Shown: one piece after another, positions 25,518 through 41,149 of the stretch | Layout of the letters: the number at the start of each line of letters is the position of its first letter | Numbering within the stretch: the stretch's first letter is position 1 | Source of the DNA: Octopus vulgaris | Taxonomy: Eukaryota | Length of the DNA: 64,000 nucleotides | Assembly: GCA_951406725.2 (NCBI GenBank) | Contig: OX597837.1 | Span: 27,838,001-27,902,000, forward strand | Direction: 5' to 3' | Made by a program: the position numbers and the translations under genes | The notes under the pieces: model-generated | Databases searched by the model: none | The model's input: the letters and a program-made list of their open reading frames with translations, nothing else | What the model was told of the DNA's origin: nothing

Positions 25518-27316
25518 GAAGAAATATTGCATTTCTAAATCTTTCAGAGAGACTTATACAGTAGCAGCTCGATAAAGTTATGGTTTGTTACCAACTTAAT
25601 GTGGCAGTCCCAGGAAAGGGAAGAATGCTACTGCTATTTAACCCCAGGAAAATCCGTTTCCAGTGTAGATCAGTGAATTTATTTAATTTGAAATTCTATA
25701 GGCCTTCGAAGGCAAATAAGCATTGGCAGCTACCAAGCCACATTTTTGTTGGTTTTTGAAGAACTCTAGCCGAAGTTATGCAGAAGCTACTGGAGGTCGA
25801 GTTCCTCTTGACCCATGTGTGCTGAAACAGGAGATGCTATAGTGGGATGGCGGCAGTTATTAACATAATTTCTAGGTAACTAAAAAATTTAAAACTTCGT
25901 ATACTGGTAGAATGTGTTTATAAAACATCTTTTTCTCTTGGCTTTATTGAGAAAATTCTATAGTTTGTAAGATATTTGGTCTTTAATTTCTTCAATTTCT
26001 GCAATTTCAACCAATCACTGGCGTCTATTGAGTTGAAAATCATTCTGTGCCGTATGAATATGTCCCTCTTTTAAGAAACTGATTGGGTTTATTTACATTT
26101 GTGAAGAAAAAAAAAGATACCCTTCCCCCCGCCCCTAACCCTAACCCTAAAACAGATTGAAATGCAATAGGTCGATACTAGGGTCATAATTACGGGTGAC
26201 AATTTCATATGACACCGCTAGAAAAAGCCCAAAAGATCCAAAATTATCCAGGAGAATATAATGGTGGAGAAACACAGAAACAAATAACAGAACATGACGG
26301 TGTGTTTGTGGAGGTGAAAGCAAGAAAAAGAGAGAGAGGAGGAAGTCATGAAAGAGGTAATCCAACCTATGACGAGATGCGGGGAAGACTTACCAGTAGG
26401 TTCACCAGTAAAGGACTTAAAAGTACATAAACATTCAGGCCCACAGACACACAAATACACAGACATACAAAAGCACAGAAATATAGACAAACAGATACAA
26501 GAAAACTCAGAATCATAGAAACCTAAAAACATAGACACACAGACGACATTCGCAGAACAACACACAGGCACACAAATACAAGCACACAGACACAAATACA
26601 CAAACACACAGACACACAGATACAATCACAGGAAAGCTAAGAATTACAGAAATACAGAGACAAAATGCACAAACATGTAAGACACAAACAGAAGTAAGGT
26701 GTATAGTGGAATATAGGACAGCCAAAAGTTAAAAGAAATTCAAAATTTAAAGACATTATGACAGAGTGAATCCACTGAGGCCGGAGGTGAATATTGAACG
26801 TCGCACCTCGATGGTGAATTATACGGACGGACGAAAAGAAGATGAAGTGGTAAGTCTTGATTTATTTTTAAAACTGTGAAAGACTGAGAAAAATATTTCG
26901 TTAAACATTTTATGTAAAAAAAAATGAAAAAAAAAAGATCCTGTAACTATTGAATGAGCATTCGTTAAAAAAGTTGTTTTTTTTAAATGTAAGGAAGAAA
27001 GGAAAAGGGGAGTCGCGGTTTCGCCTCGGAGCGGGGTTGGAATTTGTTATTTAAAATGTAATGTTTTAAAAAAAGTAAAAAGATCACAGGAATATTTTCC
27101 TTTTGAACGGCAGTTTTCAACACAATTTCTAGTTAACTAAACACTTTAAAACTTCGTATACTGGTAGAATGTGTCAAAATAAAACATTTTTTTCTCTTGG
27201 CTTTCTTGAGAAAATTGTAATTTGTAAGTTTAACGTAGTTTAATTTTTCGAATTTTAACCAATCAATGGCCTCTATTGAGCTAAAATCATTTGCTGCGTC
27301 TAAAACTAAAACTGAG

Positions 27317-28045
<729 letters not shown>

Positions 28046-28317
28046 TACGAAGATGTACTTGCATAACAAGTGACCTGATTTCAGATCGTGTACTTGAACG
28101 AAAACAATTGAGCGTGTAGGAGGTGTTTATAACCCATTTAAGAAACACACAAAAAACGTTAGATTCACGTCAACATTTAATTTTGTCAGTGAACATATCG
28201 CGGTTTCAAAACGAGGAAAATAATTTGGCAAATTAAATTTAATTGTTGAAGTGAATCTAACGGTTTTTGTGTGTTTCTTAAATGGCTTATAAACACCTTC
28301 CACGTTTCAATCGTTTT

Positions 28318-28384
<67 letters not shown>

Positions 28385-28565
28385 CCATGTTGATTCGCTA
28401 GCTTCTGCACGCATTTTTTTTCTCTCCTTGTTTCTTTCTGTGTTTCTTTTCTGTGTATCTTTCTGTTGAAGAGCGTAGGCTCGAAACGTAAAAGACTTGT
28501 TTTATTTATATTCCTGAGCGCCATACTAATACAATTGTCTTTTGTTTATTTTCATAAACCTTCCC

Positions 28566-28612
<47 letters not shown>

Positions 28613-28675
28613 GTATGTATGCATCTATGTATGTATGTATGTATGTATGTATGTATGTATGTATATAAAAATACA

Positions 28676-28713
<38 letters not shown>

Positions 28714-28955
28714 ATATATATATATATACATACGAGCAAAACGCCCCCGTCCAATGGACGGAGCTGATGTACTTGCGCGTACAAAAACACGTTTCCACGG
28801 CTTTATCAATCGCATTCTCACCTGGAATCGATTTTTGTAATTTTTTTCAAAACTTATACACGCCCTGATACCGTTGATATCTACTTATCAAATTTGAGTG
28901 CAATCGGATGGAGGATGCCCGAGATCCTAGAAGACAGACATACATAACGGGTTTT

Positions 28956-28990
<35 letters not shown>

Positions 28991-29081
28991 TTAGGTATTT
29001 GTTGCTTTATATTTAGAGATAGATAGATATATAGATATTTAAGAACAAACATATTGATTGCCATTTACGTAAGAAACGCAA

Positions 29082-29129
<48 letters not shown>

Positions 29130-29368
29130 ATGTGTGTGTGTGTAAGTGCGTGTCTGCGCGCGCGCGTTTTACGCATAGCGAAAATTCGCTGAAGCGTGTG
29201 GTAACAATTTGTAATGTGGGTGAAATCCTGTACCATATCGTCTGATCTGGGTCACCGAGTGAACGACATGGCTGATGAGTTGGGTAGTTTGTCGCTGACA
29301 TTTTGTTTTGTTTTGTAATATATGAACGTGTGCGCAAGTATGCTTATATATATATATTTATATACATG

Positions 29369-29414
<46 letters not shown>

Positions 29415-29571
29415 GGTGCAAATAGGGAAAAATAGAACTCAAAATATCACTATATGTATCATCTTATTAACATTTAGCGGAAGGACAGAGTGACTCAAGT
29501 TCCGAGTGTTTGTGCCAACGCACAATCACTCTCGGACAATGAGTCACTCTAGTACTCCTGCTAAATGTTAA

Positions 29572-29622
<51 letters not shown>

Positions 29623-29864
29623 ATGTAGTCGTTTTCAAACGTGAACTTGACCTCTAGCTCTCCGAGATCCGGGATGAGCCAGCCAATATCTAAGCAAGAA
29701 ACTCAAAAGAGGGCAGTGACATCGAACTCCATCCTTCACCAAAAACCGCCGCTCCGACAAAGGCGGAAAGTGGAAAGATTATCACAATGGCGGTGCTACA
29801 GCATGGCCACATTTATTGAACTGAAACATGTAAAAGAGTAAAAGAATATAAGATAGAAAATATT

Positions 29865-30265
29865 TTAGTGGGGAAACACACGTATTGGATATAAATAGAG
29901 AAAGAGATGCGATGAAGTGATAAGAGAGTTTGATGCAGCTGCCCTCATCTGCACCTCCTGTCGTGAAGTTGGTTCATTTGGGACACCTGACGGGAAGAGG
30001 TCCAGCTTTAATTTAAAGACGTCTGCATCCACCCCATGCAGGTCTCTCAGGTCCTTCGGGAGGATACTGAAGAGCTGTGGACCTCTGAAGCCCAGGCTAT
30101 TGCAGTGTCTTGTCCTACATCTTGATGGCAAATTTGGAGTCCTTGGCACTATGCAGTAGCGCCCAGTCCTAGTATTTGTGTAACTCTCGATGCCAAAGTT
30201 CGGGACAAGTCCTTCCAGGATCTTCCAGATGTATATTATGGCATATCTTTCTCGCCTACGCTCTA
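29865..30265 (-). mobile_element. CR1-group LINE 3' fragment
   Basis: ERRRERYAIIYIWKILEGLVPN...GPQLFSILPKDLR...FKLKLDLF..VPNEP is a post-RT C-terminal motif. Confidence 0.75.
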
Positions 30266-30269
30266 AGGA

Positions 30270-33200
30270 TTAGAGTCTTAATCTCTTGGGTCTTTCCCAA
30301 TATACGCATTCAGGAAATTTGTCCCCTTCCTTGGAACGATGAAGACACCGAGCCCCCCACACAGCGCTAAACTAAGAACCTTTAAACACACACACACCCG
30401 AAACAATCCCAGAGTTAAACATCACCATCCACCAAACCCAAATCCCTACTTTTACAAGGACAAGTCATACCAACACAACAACAAGCAGCATTTTCCAACC
30501 CCTCAACAAGGAAACGGGACACATTTTGGAACACACACAAAGTACCAGCCAAAGAACTCCCAGACACCTATACACGCAAAACAACCCAAGATAACAACAT
30601 CGCCATACATCCAACCTAAACCCCTTCTTATCCACGGATGTATCATACCAACACAACAACAACCAACATTTTTTAGCCCCAGACCAGAGAAAAGGGGTCA
30701 CAGGTTGGAAATTGATATACAGGAGAAACCGAAGGTAATTAACCTTTCATGTAAACACCTGTCATCCACAAAGATCGATATCCTATCTAAAGGGTTATAA
30801 TTCACCCCAGCACCCCATATAGCCAACCAAAATGAGATCAAGGACAGTGTTTCAGAATTCTCTAGGAAATTAAGGCTTACAGAAGCACTGGGTGACTATA
30901 AAAGCGAAGATTATTCACTAGTTAAAAACAGAAGTGAACACATCCCCTACATAGACAGAAATAAAAATCTCGATGAATTTTGTTACCACATCGAAAATTT
31001 CCCCTAGCACGCCTTGCAAAAACAAAATCAAAAAAAAAACATTGCTTCAAATTTCAGCGCCACCTTACGGAAAGAACTAACTGAACTACAAATCAATGGA
31101 GAAATGACAATCAAAGAAGCAGATAAAGGAAGTGCGGTAGTGGTTATGGACACATTGTACTTCAAAAATCTCGTATCCATACTTAATAATGACGAACACT
31201 ACAAAACAGTCAATAATTACACCCTGCCAAAAATAATGAAAAATCTCTATTCTATAATCCAAATCCACAGAAAAGAAATAGACCATTTGACAAACTTTAA
31301 ATGTAAACCCAGCCTATTCTATGATCTACCTAGAATTCACAAAAGCCAAACTATAAACGAAGCCATCAAAAAATCTCCAAAGGCATACATACATACATAC
31401 ATACATACATACATGCATACATACATACACACATACATACATACATACATACATACATACATACATACATACATACATACATACATACATACACACACCA
31501 GCACCAGGAGACCTAAAATTATGACCCATTGTAGCTGGAGCATTCGGTGAAACACATCGATTAAGCTGCTTCAGAGACATTCTCCTGAAACCATTTCTAA
31601 AACATATCAAGAGTCGTATTAGGGCTGACTTAGGCATGTTAAATCCCCTGCCAGAAAGGGTCGAGGAGGAAACAATCATGGTATCATTCGATGTGATTAA
31701 TTTATACACCAACGCACCCCATAGTTATGGAATAGAGGCAATCTGTTTCTGGCTGGACAAATCTCCAGAAGAAATACCAGAACGGATCAACAAAGACTTT
31801 GTAATCGAATTAATTAAATTCGCCCTCCAAAACAACCATTTTATGTTTGACACCACTGTTTATCGCCAAAAATTTAGAATTGCAATGGGAACCAGGGCAA
31901 CCCCAACCATTGCCAATCTAACAATGGGCTATTTAGAGATAACAATATATCTGGAGTCTTTTTCAAAGTTTGGAAACACTCTCTCCCAATACATAAAAGT
32001 AAATTAGAAAAGATTTTTGGATAACTGCTTCATCCTCTGTAATGAAAACATGAATAAGCACCTGGAGTTCAAAAGACTTCTCAATAACGTTAACACCAAC
32101 ATAGAATTTACAATAGAATACAACCACAAGGATCTCCAATTCCTAGACATACTGATTAAAAAATTAAAAAATAGAAACAGACATGTTTTGCAAGACCACA
32201 GACTCTAAACAATATCTATTATTTAGTTCATGTCACCCGAGACATATCAAAACAAATATCTCCTTCAAGCCTTGCAAGAAGTATTTGCACCATAGTATCC
32301 AAAAAAATACCAGAGAACTAAGACTGCAAGAGTTTAAAAATGTACTCCAGGACAGGCACTACCCAATTCAACTCATAAATGAAAGAATTAAACTTGCAAA
32401 ATCGAATAATATTAAAACATTAAGAAAAGCTAAACACAACAACACATCTACCCTCGAAGTACTACTTTATATCTCCGCATACAACCCCAGAAACAAATAA
32501 GCATTCAATATCATTATCCAAAATCTTCCAATACTCCATAGGGACCCAAAACTTTGGAAATTCTACGTAAACATAAAATCATTAAGAGCAGCAAATACCT
32601 TAAGACATTGAAGAAAATTCTCACCAATGCCAAACTATTCTCTAGAACAACGGACGCAAGAGACGTAAAGTGTGGTTGCCCTAATTGCAGAACATGTCCC
32701 AATCTGTTGGAAGGATCAGAATTCCATTTCAGACAAGGACAAATATTCAAGATAAAATCTAACGTCACTTGCGCCTCCCAAAACCTCATTTACGTAATTA
32801 GATGCTCGGGCTGCCATCGAAATTATATTGGCTCAACAGGAAATTCGATCCGAAAGAGATGTACGGTCCACAGACAACAAATTTCCTCCCCACAATATAG
32901 CCAGATATACCTCAGTCAACACATTGATGAATGTGCAGAACGATTACAACCACAATTCGTAATTTTCCCATTTTATCAACTTGCCTTCTGGACCTCAACA
33001 CAAGTAAGACTGAATAAAGAAGCTTCATTTATCCAAAAATATAAACCAGAATTAAATATGAAACCGTATTCAAAATACAGGACTTATCCCATCTAATGGA
33101 AGATGTAAGACAGAATAAAGAAGAGAACACAAAAAAACTAAAAATACAAATGACAGATTTACCTCCCTTTTACTGCAAAATAAATGAGTGAACAATTATC

Positions 33201-33370
33201 TCCCTTAGCAATATCTTTTTCCCTAGCAATTTTGTCTCTTTCAACTCTCAGTTTCATGAGCAATGCGAAACCGGTCCTTACTTCAAATATGTTGAAAGAA
33301 CAAAACCTTATTTTGTACAAAATTTATAATATCTTTATTATCCTGGCTCTAACATACTCTTAAATCCTGT
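30270..33370 (+). mobile_element. Decayed Penelope-like element (Neptune-type: RT, Cys finger, GIY-YIG)
   Basis: ADKGSAVVVMD, PRIHK, SFDVINLYTN, NNHFMF..YRQ..IAMG, FLDILI, SSCHP; then CGCPNCRTC and NLIYVIRC..C..YIGST..R...HR. Several stops and frameshifts and a (CATA)n insertion. Confidence 0.9.
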
Positions 33371-33397
33371 AAAACAAATCTTCTGTGTTTTTAAATC

Positions 33398-33469
<72 letters not shown>

Positions 33470-35488
33470 TTGTCTCTCAGTCTGTCTATCTATCTATTTG
33501 TCTATCTACCTATCTATCTATCTATCTATCCACCCATCTATTTATCCATCTGTCTGTGTGTGTAGCAGTTGATGTGTGCTTGTTCAGGTGGTGTGTGTAT
33601 GTGTGTGTGTACGTATGTGTCTGTGACCAAATAGTGTATATGTGTATAGTGTATGTTTGTGGGCAAAAGTTGTCTTTGTCTATGCGTGTTGCGTGTGTGA
33701 GTGTGTGTGTGTGTGTGTATTGTCGGTGTTCAGGTATTATGTGCTTGTGTGGATATGGGAGTGTGCTTGATGGTGTGTGTTATGTGTACTGAGTTAAATG
33801 GTGTGTGCGGCTGCTCATATAGGGGTATGTGTGGTGACGCTATTGAAGATTGTGTGTGGGTGTGTTGGTAATGGTGTGTGGTGTGGTTGCTGAGAAGTGT
33901 TAGGTGCTAATGTGTGTGGAGTGGGAAAGTGCTTGTGGGCGTGTGTATAATGGTGTGTGAAGTTAGTAATGAGTTGAACAATGTGTATGGGTGTTCGTGT
34001 GTGTATGTGTTTGTGTGTGTGGCGAGGGTACCTAAGTAGGCGGTATGTAGGTGTGTAGATAGAGGGGGCAGACGGATGTGGGAGGTGTGTAGGAATCCGT
34101 GTGTAGTTGGTGTCAGATGAAGAGAGGTAGTGAGTTGAGCCCATATAGTGCAAAGAAACAAAGATATATATATGTGTATATGTTTATATATTTTGAATTC
34201 TACATGGTATGGACTCATACAAAGTTCGAATTGTTTCCAACGGAATTTTTGTCCATTCTTCAGCTAAAACAGTCTCCAGTTCTTGGAGTGATGATGGTGG
34301 AGAATATCGATCCCTTACTTCTTTTTCTAAAATACACCACAAATGTTCAGTAATATTGAGATCTGGGGACTGTGGTGGCCAGATAAGATGTTTAACTTCA
34401 CTAGAATGTTCCTCGGGCCATTCAGTAATAATTTTAGCTGATACAGCTTGGCACCAGTGACGTCGCGACTCATTTCTACAGCTGAGTGAACTGGAGCAAC
34501 GTGAAACAAAGTATCTTGCTCAAGAACAACAACAACATACAGCTCAGTCCGGGAATCGAACTCACTACCTCATGATTGCGAGCCCGACGCTCTAACAACT
34601 GAACACGACGGGCTTCTTTCAGTTTCCGTCAACCAAATTCACTCACAATGCTTTGGTCGGCCCGAGGCTATAGTAGAAGACACTTGTGCCCAAGGTGCCA
34701 CGCAGTGGGACTGAACCCGAACCATGTGGTTGGGAAGCATGTTTCTTAAAAACAATAATAGAAAAAAAGCCAGACAGAAGAAAATATCAACTTATGATAC
34801 TCTCTTTTTTACTTGTTTCAGTCATTTGACTGCGGCCATGCTGGAGCACCGCCTTTAGTCGACCAAATCGACCCCGGGACTTATTCTTTGTAAGCCCAGT
34901 ACTTATTCTATCGCTCTCTTTTGCCGAACCGCTAAGTGACGGGGACGTAAACACACCAGCATCGGTTGTCAAGCAATGCTAGGAGGACAAACACAGACAC
35001 ACAAACACATATATATATATACATATATACGACAGGCTTCTTTCAGTTTCCGTCTACCAAATCCACTCACAAGGCATTGGTCGGCCCGGGGCTATAGCAG
35101 AAGACACTTGCCCAAGATGCCACGCAGTGGGACTGAACCCGGAACCATGGGGTTTGTTAGCAAGCTACTTACCACACAGCCACTGCCATTATATTATAGA
35201 CTACGTACGACGAACGAGGCTTAATTACAGAAACTAAATTCATATCGCAACACAAGGCTACAATTAACATACAAACAAAATACTTCACAAACAAGATGAA
35301 CACGTCATTGATGACATCTAATTTTAAAACGGTCAATGTCCCGCTGCAGAATTCTGCCTGTAAAGACTGCGTAAACAGAAGCAAAATGAATTTGGAACAT
35401 TTGAATTTATTGCTTAAAACAACCTCCAGGCGGATACGAAGGAAAATAAATAAAATTGAAGCGTAATCAGGTTTTTAACATAGCTAAA

Positions 35489-35521
<33 letters not shown>

Positions 35522-35523
35522 GG

Positions 35524-35558
<35 letters not shown>

Positions 35559-35894
35559 ACAGACAGTGAGAGAGGGAGAGAAAGAGAGGCAGAAAAAGAG
35601 AAGGAGATAAAGAGAGGGAGGCGGAGAGAAATAATTAGACATAGATAAATGGAGAGGGAGAGGGAGAGAGAAATAATTACACAGTCCTAGATAATTAGGT
35701 AGGTAGGTAGGTAGGTAGGTAGGTAGGTAGAGAAAAAGAGAGATGGAGAGAGAGACAGAGGCAGAAAGATAGATAGATAGACAGAGAGGCACACAAATTG
35801 TTAGACAGCTAGCTGGCTAGATAAATAGAAAATTAAATAGATAGATAGATAGAAAGTTAGATAGATAAATAGATAGATAGATAGATAGACAGAC

Positions 35895-35945
<51 letters not shown>

Positions 35946-36082
35946 TAGATAGATAGTAAGTTAGAATAGATTAATAGATAGATAGATAAATAGATAGATA
36001 GATAGATAGACAGACAGATAGATAGATAAATAGTAAGTTAGATAGATAAATAGATAGATAGTAAGTTAGATAGATAGATAGT

Positions 36083-36118
<36 letters not shown>

Positions 36119-36121
36119 CAG

Positions 36122-36163
<42 letters not shown>

Positions 36164-36604
36164 GTAGATAAATAAGTAGATAGATAGACAGATAGATAAA
36201 TAGATAGATAATAGATAAATAAATAGATACTTAAACGCAAACATATTTATGGATGTACATGCAGAAGCGCGCGTGTGTGTATGTACGGTGCGGGCTGCAC
36301 GCACGCGTGTCTGTGTGTAAGAATGTCTCATTAGTGTGCAGCTGGTTCTCTAAGACTAACGAGCGACGCACATTGAGCAAACTAATTACAATTAACAAAT
36401 ACGCATTATACATAGACGCCATGATAGATCGTTAGCTACTACACACATTTTTTTTTCTCTCCTTGTTTTTTTCTGTGTATCTTTCTGTAGAAGTGCGTAG
36501 ACTCGAAACGTAAAATACTTTTTCTATTCCTAAGCGCTATACTAATACATTTGTTTGTTTGTACTCCACCTGCCTTCGGTTTTGTTTATTTTCGTAAACT
36601 TTCC

Positions 36605-36635
<31 letters not shown>

Positions 36636-36650
36636 ACTCGCTCAGAGATT

Positions 36651-36705
<55 letters not shown>

Positions 36706-36879
36706 GTATTTTTAATGGGTTTCTTATGAGTTATCTATAAATGGATTTTTAATGAGTTTCTCTGCATACGCTTGTGTTTACTCTTAACTCTTTTTCTTTC
36801 TAGACTATTATACTGTTATTCTGTATTCCATTATTCTATAATACCATTATTCAAAATTGCCACCCACAGCTCTTATGAC

Positions 36880-37690
36880 AATGCTGACACCTGAACAATA
36901 CCGAGTGATTTTCTTGTACGAATACAAGTTTGGTCAGTGGGCCACCGGAGCTCTACTAAACATTAAGCGGGCTTTTGGTAACAGTTCTGTTGAAATTAGG
37001 GATCTTTTCTGTTTGAACGGCAGTTGTTCCTTGCGGTGTCTTGAAATTGCCACCCATAATTACGACCCTAGAATCGATCTATTGCATTTTAATCTGTTTT
37101 AGGGTTAGGGTTAGTTAGAGTTAGGGTTAGGTGTGGGGGGAAGGGTATCTTTTTTTCTTCTCAAATGTAAATAAACCCAATCTGTTTCTTAAACGAGGGA
37201 CATATTCATACGGCGCAGAATGTTTTTTTTTTACCTCAATAGACGTAATTGATTGGTTGAAATTGCAGAAATTGAAGAAAAAAATAACAAATATCTTACA
37301 AACTATAGAATTTTCTCAATAAAGCCAAGAGAAAAAGATGTTTTATAAACACATTCTACCAGTATACGAAGTTTAAAATTTTTTAGTTACCTAGAAATTA
37401 TGCTAAAAACTGCCGTTCAAACCGAAAAGATCCGAAATTAGAACTGTTCAGAGATGATTCCAAAGATTTCGTTCAGGAAATGAAAGCCTTAAAATGAACC
37501 AAGATTATCACATATTTAAACACTTCGAGCTTGCTATGCGCAACAAAATATTCTTAAATAAAGAAGAGGTAATTGAAGCATCCGAACAGTTTATCAGTGT
37601 AAAAGATGACAAATTCTTTGTAGATAGAATATATTCTTAAGAGGACTGTTGGATGAAGGGCATAAATAAACAAGGATCATATTTTGATTA
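36880..37690 (+). mobile_element. Decayed mariner fragment interrupted by a MITE
   Basis: MLTPEQYRVIFLYEYKFG..NIKRAFG..SV resumes as IRTVQR*FQRFRSGN after the 37000-37433 insertion. Confidence 0.7.
37000..37433 (+). mobile_element. Merlin-like MITE with internal TTAGGG repeats
   Basis: TIRs GGATCTTTT..GTTTGAACGGCAGTT / AACTGCCGTTCAAACCGAAAAGATCC; 8-bp TSD GAAATTAG at 36992-36999 and 37434-37441. Confidence 0.82.
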
Positions 37691-37897
37691 ATTATTCTCT
37701 TTTACTCTTTTACTTGTTTCAGTCATTTGACTGCGGCCATGCTGGAGCACCGCCTTTAATCGAGCAACTCGACTCCGGGACTTATTCTTTAGTAAGTCCA
37801 GTACTTATTCTATCGGTCTCTTTTGCTGAACCGCTAAGCAACGGGGACATAAACACACCAGTATCGGTTGACAAGCAATGCTAGGGGGACAAACACA

Positions 37898-37965
<68 letters not shown>

Positions 37966-38195
37966 TACGACGGGCTTCTTTCAGTTTCCGTCTACCAAAT
38001 CCACTCACAAGGCTTTGGTCGGCCCCAGGCTATAGCAGAAGACACTTGCCCAAGGTGCCACGCAGTGGGACTGAACCCGGAACCATGTGCTGGTAAACAA
38101 GCTACTTACCACACAGCCAACTTAACAAAATAATTTCAGTTTACTTTTCCAAATGCGACTTTTCATGTGAGACAACCTAATCTCTATATATAAAA

Positions 38196-38239
<44 letters not shown>

Positions 38240-38528
38240 TAATAATAAAGGGTGAAATTAATTAATTAGGATAATTATCAATTACACCAAGTAGATTTCG
38301 GCATGTAAAGCCCCATTCGAGGAAAATTTAAGTAATACTAAGTAATTAAGGGTTTAGCAACGAATTGCCTCACCAACACACCGAATTTAGAAATAGCAGT
38401 CAAAGAGATATAGCTATTCCTTCTACTAAAGGGGGATCTCAGTAAAAACACAGCACTTGAAAGGCAAACACAGACAGGTAAGAAAGAAAGAATGGAATGA
38501 CGGCAATCTGTCATGCAATTTTAAGTTA

Positions 38529-38620
38529 CCTACGGACGTACGTTTCGAGATCAAGTTTTAGGATAGCATAAGAATTAGAAAATTCTACTTTACCCAAACT
38601 TCTTCTCTCATCGGCGCAGG
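38529..38620 (-). ncRNA. Type I hammerhead motif with U4C core change
   Basis: CCUGCG-CCGAUGA-GAGA[..]UCUC-GAAA-CGUACG-UC-CGUAGG. Confidence 0.75.
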
Positions 38621-39133
38621 ATACCACAATTATGAATAATTGTATATTAAATTTTGAGATACTAGAATGCATCATCTCAACTCAGTGTCAGAGCGAGCCA
38701 AAGCATGACCAGTACCACGAAATTCAAAGTTTGAATGAAAGTTTGTGTCACCAGCCCCTTCCACCCGCGTGTAGCCAAGACAAAATGCTGCGGTATTTAT
38801 ATATATGTTATCAGTAATAATAAAGGGTGAAATTAATTAATTATATATATACATATGTATATATATATATTCTCTTTTACTTGTTCCAGTCAATTTGGCT
38901 GCGGCCATGCTGCAGCACTGCATTTAATCGAAGAAATCGACCCCAGGACTTTTTCTTTGTAAGCTTAGTACTTATCCAATGGGTCGCTTTTGTCGAACCG
39001 CTAGGTTACGAGGACGGGAACACACCAACATCAGTTGTCAAGCGATGGTGGTGGGACAAACAGACACACAAACACGCACACACACAAATACACACACTCA
39101 GACACACACACACACATACACACACACACACAT

Positions 39134-39173
<40 letters not shown>

Positions 39174-39263
39174 GTAGTGCTATAAACTTAGACATGGCCT
39201 GGACCAATCTTTGGTTGAAACATATCTAAGTTTATATATATATAATATATATACATACATACA

Positions 39264-39297
<34 letters not shown>

Positions 39298-39343
39298 CAT
39301 ATATATATCAAATAAAATCAAAAACAGAATACAAAGGATGTCT

Positions 39344-39432
39344 CGGTACACGTGTTTCAAGCTTTATAAACGACCTATTCTTACATCAGTGTATAACAGA
39401 TATAAAGGATAGTTTAAAGCTCCCTTCAGCCG
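39344..39432 (-). ncRNA. Type I hammerhead motif with A9G core change
   Basis: CGG-CUGAAGG-GAGCUUUA[..]UAAAGCUU-GAAA-CACGUG-UA-CCG. Confidence 0.7.
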
Positions 39433-39697
39433 CATGTAATTGTTATTCCAATATATATATATATATATTCCACGCCTACATATGTATTACAACGGGCTTC
39501 TTTCAGTTATCGTCTACCAAATCCACTCACAAGGCTTTGGTCGGGCCGAGACTGTGACAAAGACACACACACACACACATGCCCAAAGTGCCCCCAGTGG
39601 CTTTGAACCCGGAACCATGTGGTTGGGAAGCAAGCTTTTTACCACACAGCCACTTCTGCGCCTATACATATATATATTTCTTGTTTGTTGTGTGCGC

Positions 39698-39769
<72 letters not shown>

Positions 39770-39893
39770 TTGTTTAATTTGGATTTCTGACCCAGACACT
39801 CCTTTCAAAGCCGCAGTGGTTTTGTTTGCTTTGACTAATTACCGTATTTAATGTATTCCATATGCCTCTCACCATGTCTGTTTGTACAGCAGG

Positions 39894-39938
<45 letters not shown>

Positions 39939-40322
39939 TCACACGTACACACTCACACACAGATACACACACACTTGCGCACACTCACTCACAGATACAC
40001 ACACGTACACATATGCGAACAGAAACGCACACAGAACCACACACACAAACACTCATCCATTCGGTTGCTTTTCTATCTAACTATAGGCATGCTTATATAC
40101 ATACATATATAGATATATGTATATATGATATATGATATATGATATATGTATATATATATATATATCCATATATATATATGCATATAAATGTATGTATATA
40201 TATATATATATATATATGCATATATATATATGCGTATATATATGCATATATATATATCCATATATATGTATGCATATATATATATCCATATATATGTATG
40301 CATATATATATATCCATATATG

Positions 40323-40360
<38 letters not shown>

Positions 40361-41149
40361 CATCCATACATAAATACATATCTATATATATATATACATG
40401 CATACATACATACTACTACTAGTACTACTACTAAAAATAATGATAACAACAACAACAACAATAATAATATTACTACTACAACAACTATTACTACTAGTAT
40501 TAATGACTGTTTTGTTCGGCTTAATGCAACTTAAAGTTTCCCAGGCCTTTCAAACCAAAACTACCTCATTCGGCTGTATCTTTTATTTTTCAAGCAACAA
40601 ATTTACGACAGAATAAAAAACCATGTAGAGTTTCAAGTTTGATTTATGTTCCTACTTTTGATTTTTTTATATCCATCAACTAATTTTGGCGCATTTGTTT
40701 TGTAAATCATATTTATTTTTTTGTTACCGTCATTACTTCTTTTCGTTGATATTTTTTTTGGCCTGCGTTTATTTGAATCTATAAATTATTTAGTGTAGAC
40801 AGAAGGCTAATAATACAAAGGGGCATAAAACCGTGGTAAACTGTTCGTGGTTCAGCAGTGCTATCAAAGCCACTCACCTGATGACGTGCCCTTGACTCGT
40901 ATTTATCTATATAATAATTTATGTAAATAGCTATTACCAATGCACAGAAACAATTGTTGAGATTTATGATTAAGGCTTCTTCATTTCATCGTCTTGTTTT
41001 ATAGATCTTTATTTAAATTTTGCGTGCATTAACTGAGTTTTACATGTATATCTAGTAAAAGGAGTAATTCTGCTATGTGGTGGTAGTCGATAGCCAGACA
41101 GGAGCTTTGAAATTGCACGTTGTGAGTTTCGTCTGTGTCAATCGTAAAA

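Noticed and set aside
37100-37140. TTAGGG repeats as a telomere or fusion site
   Set aside because: They are internal to a multi-copy MITE.
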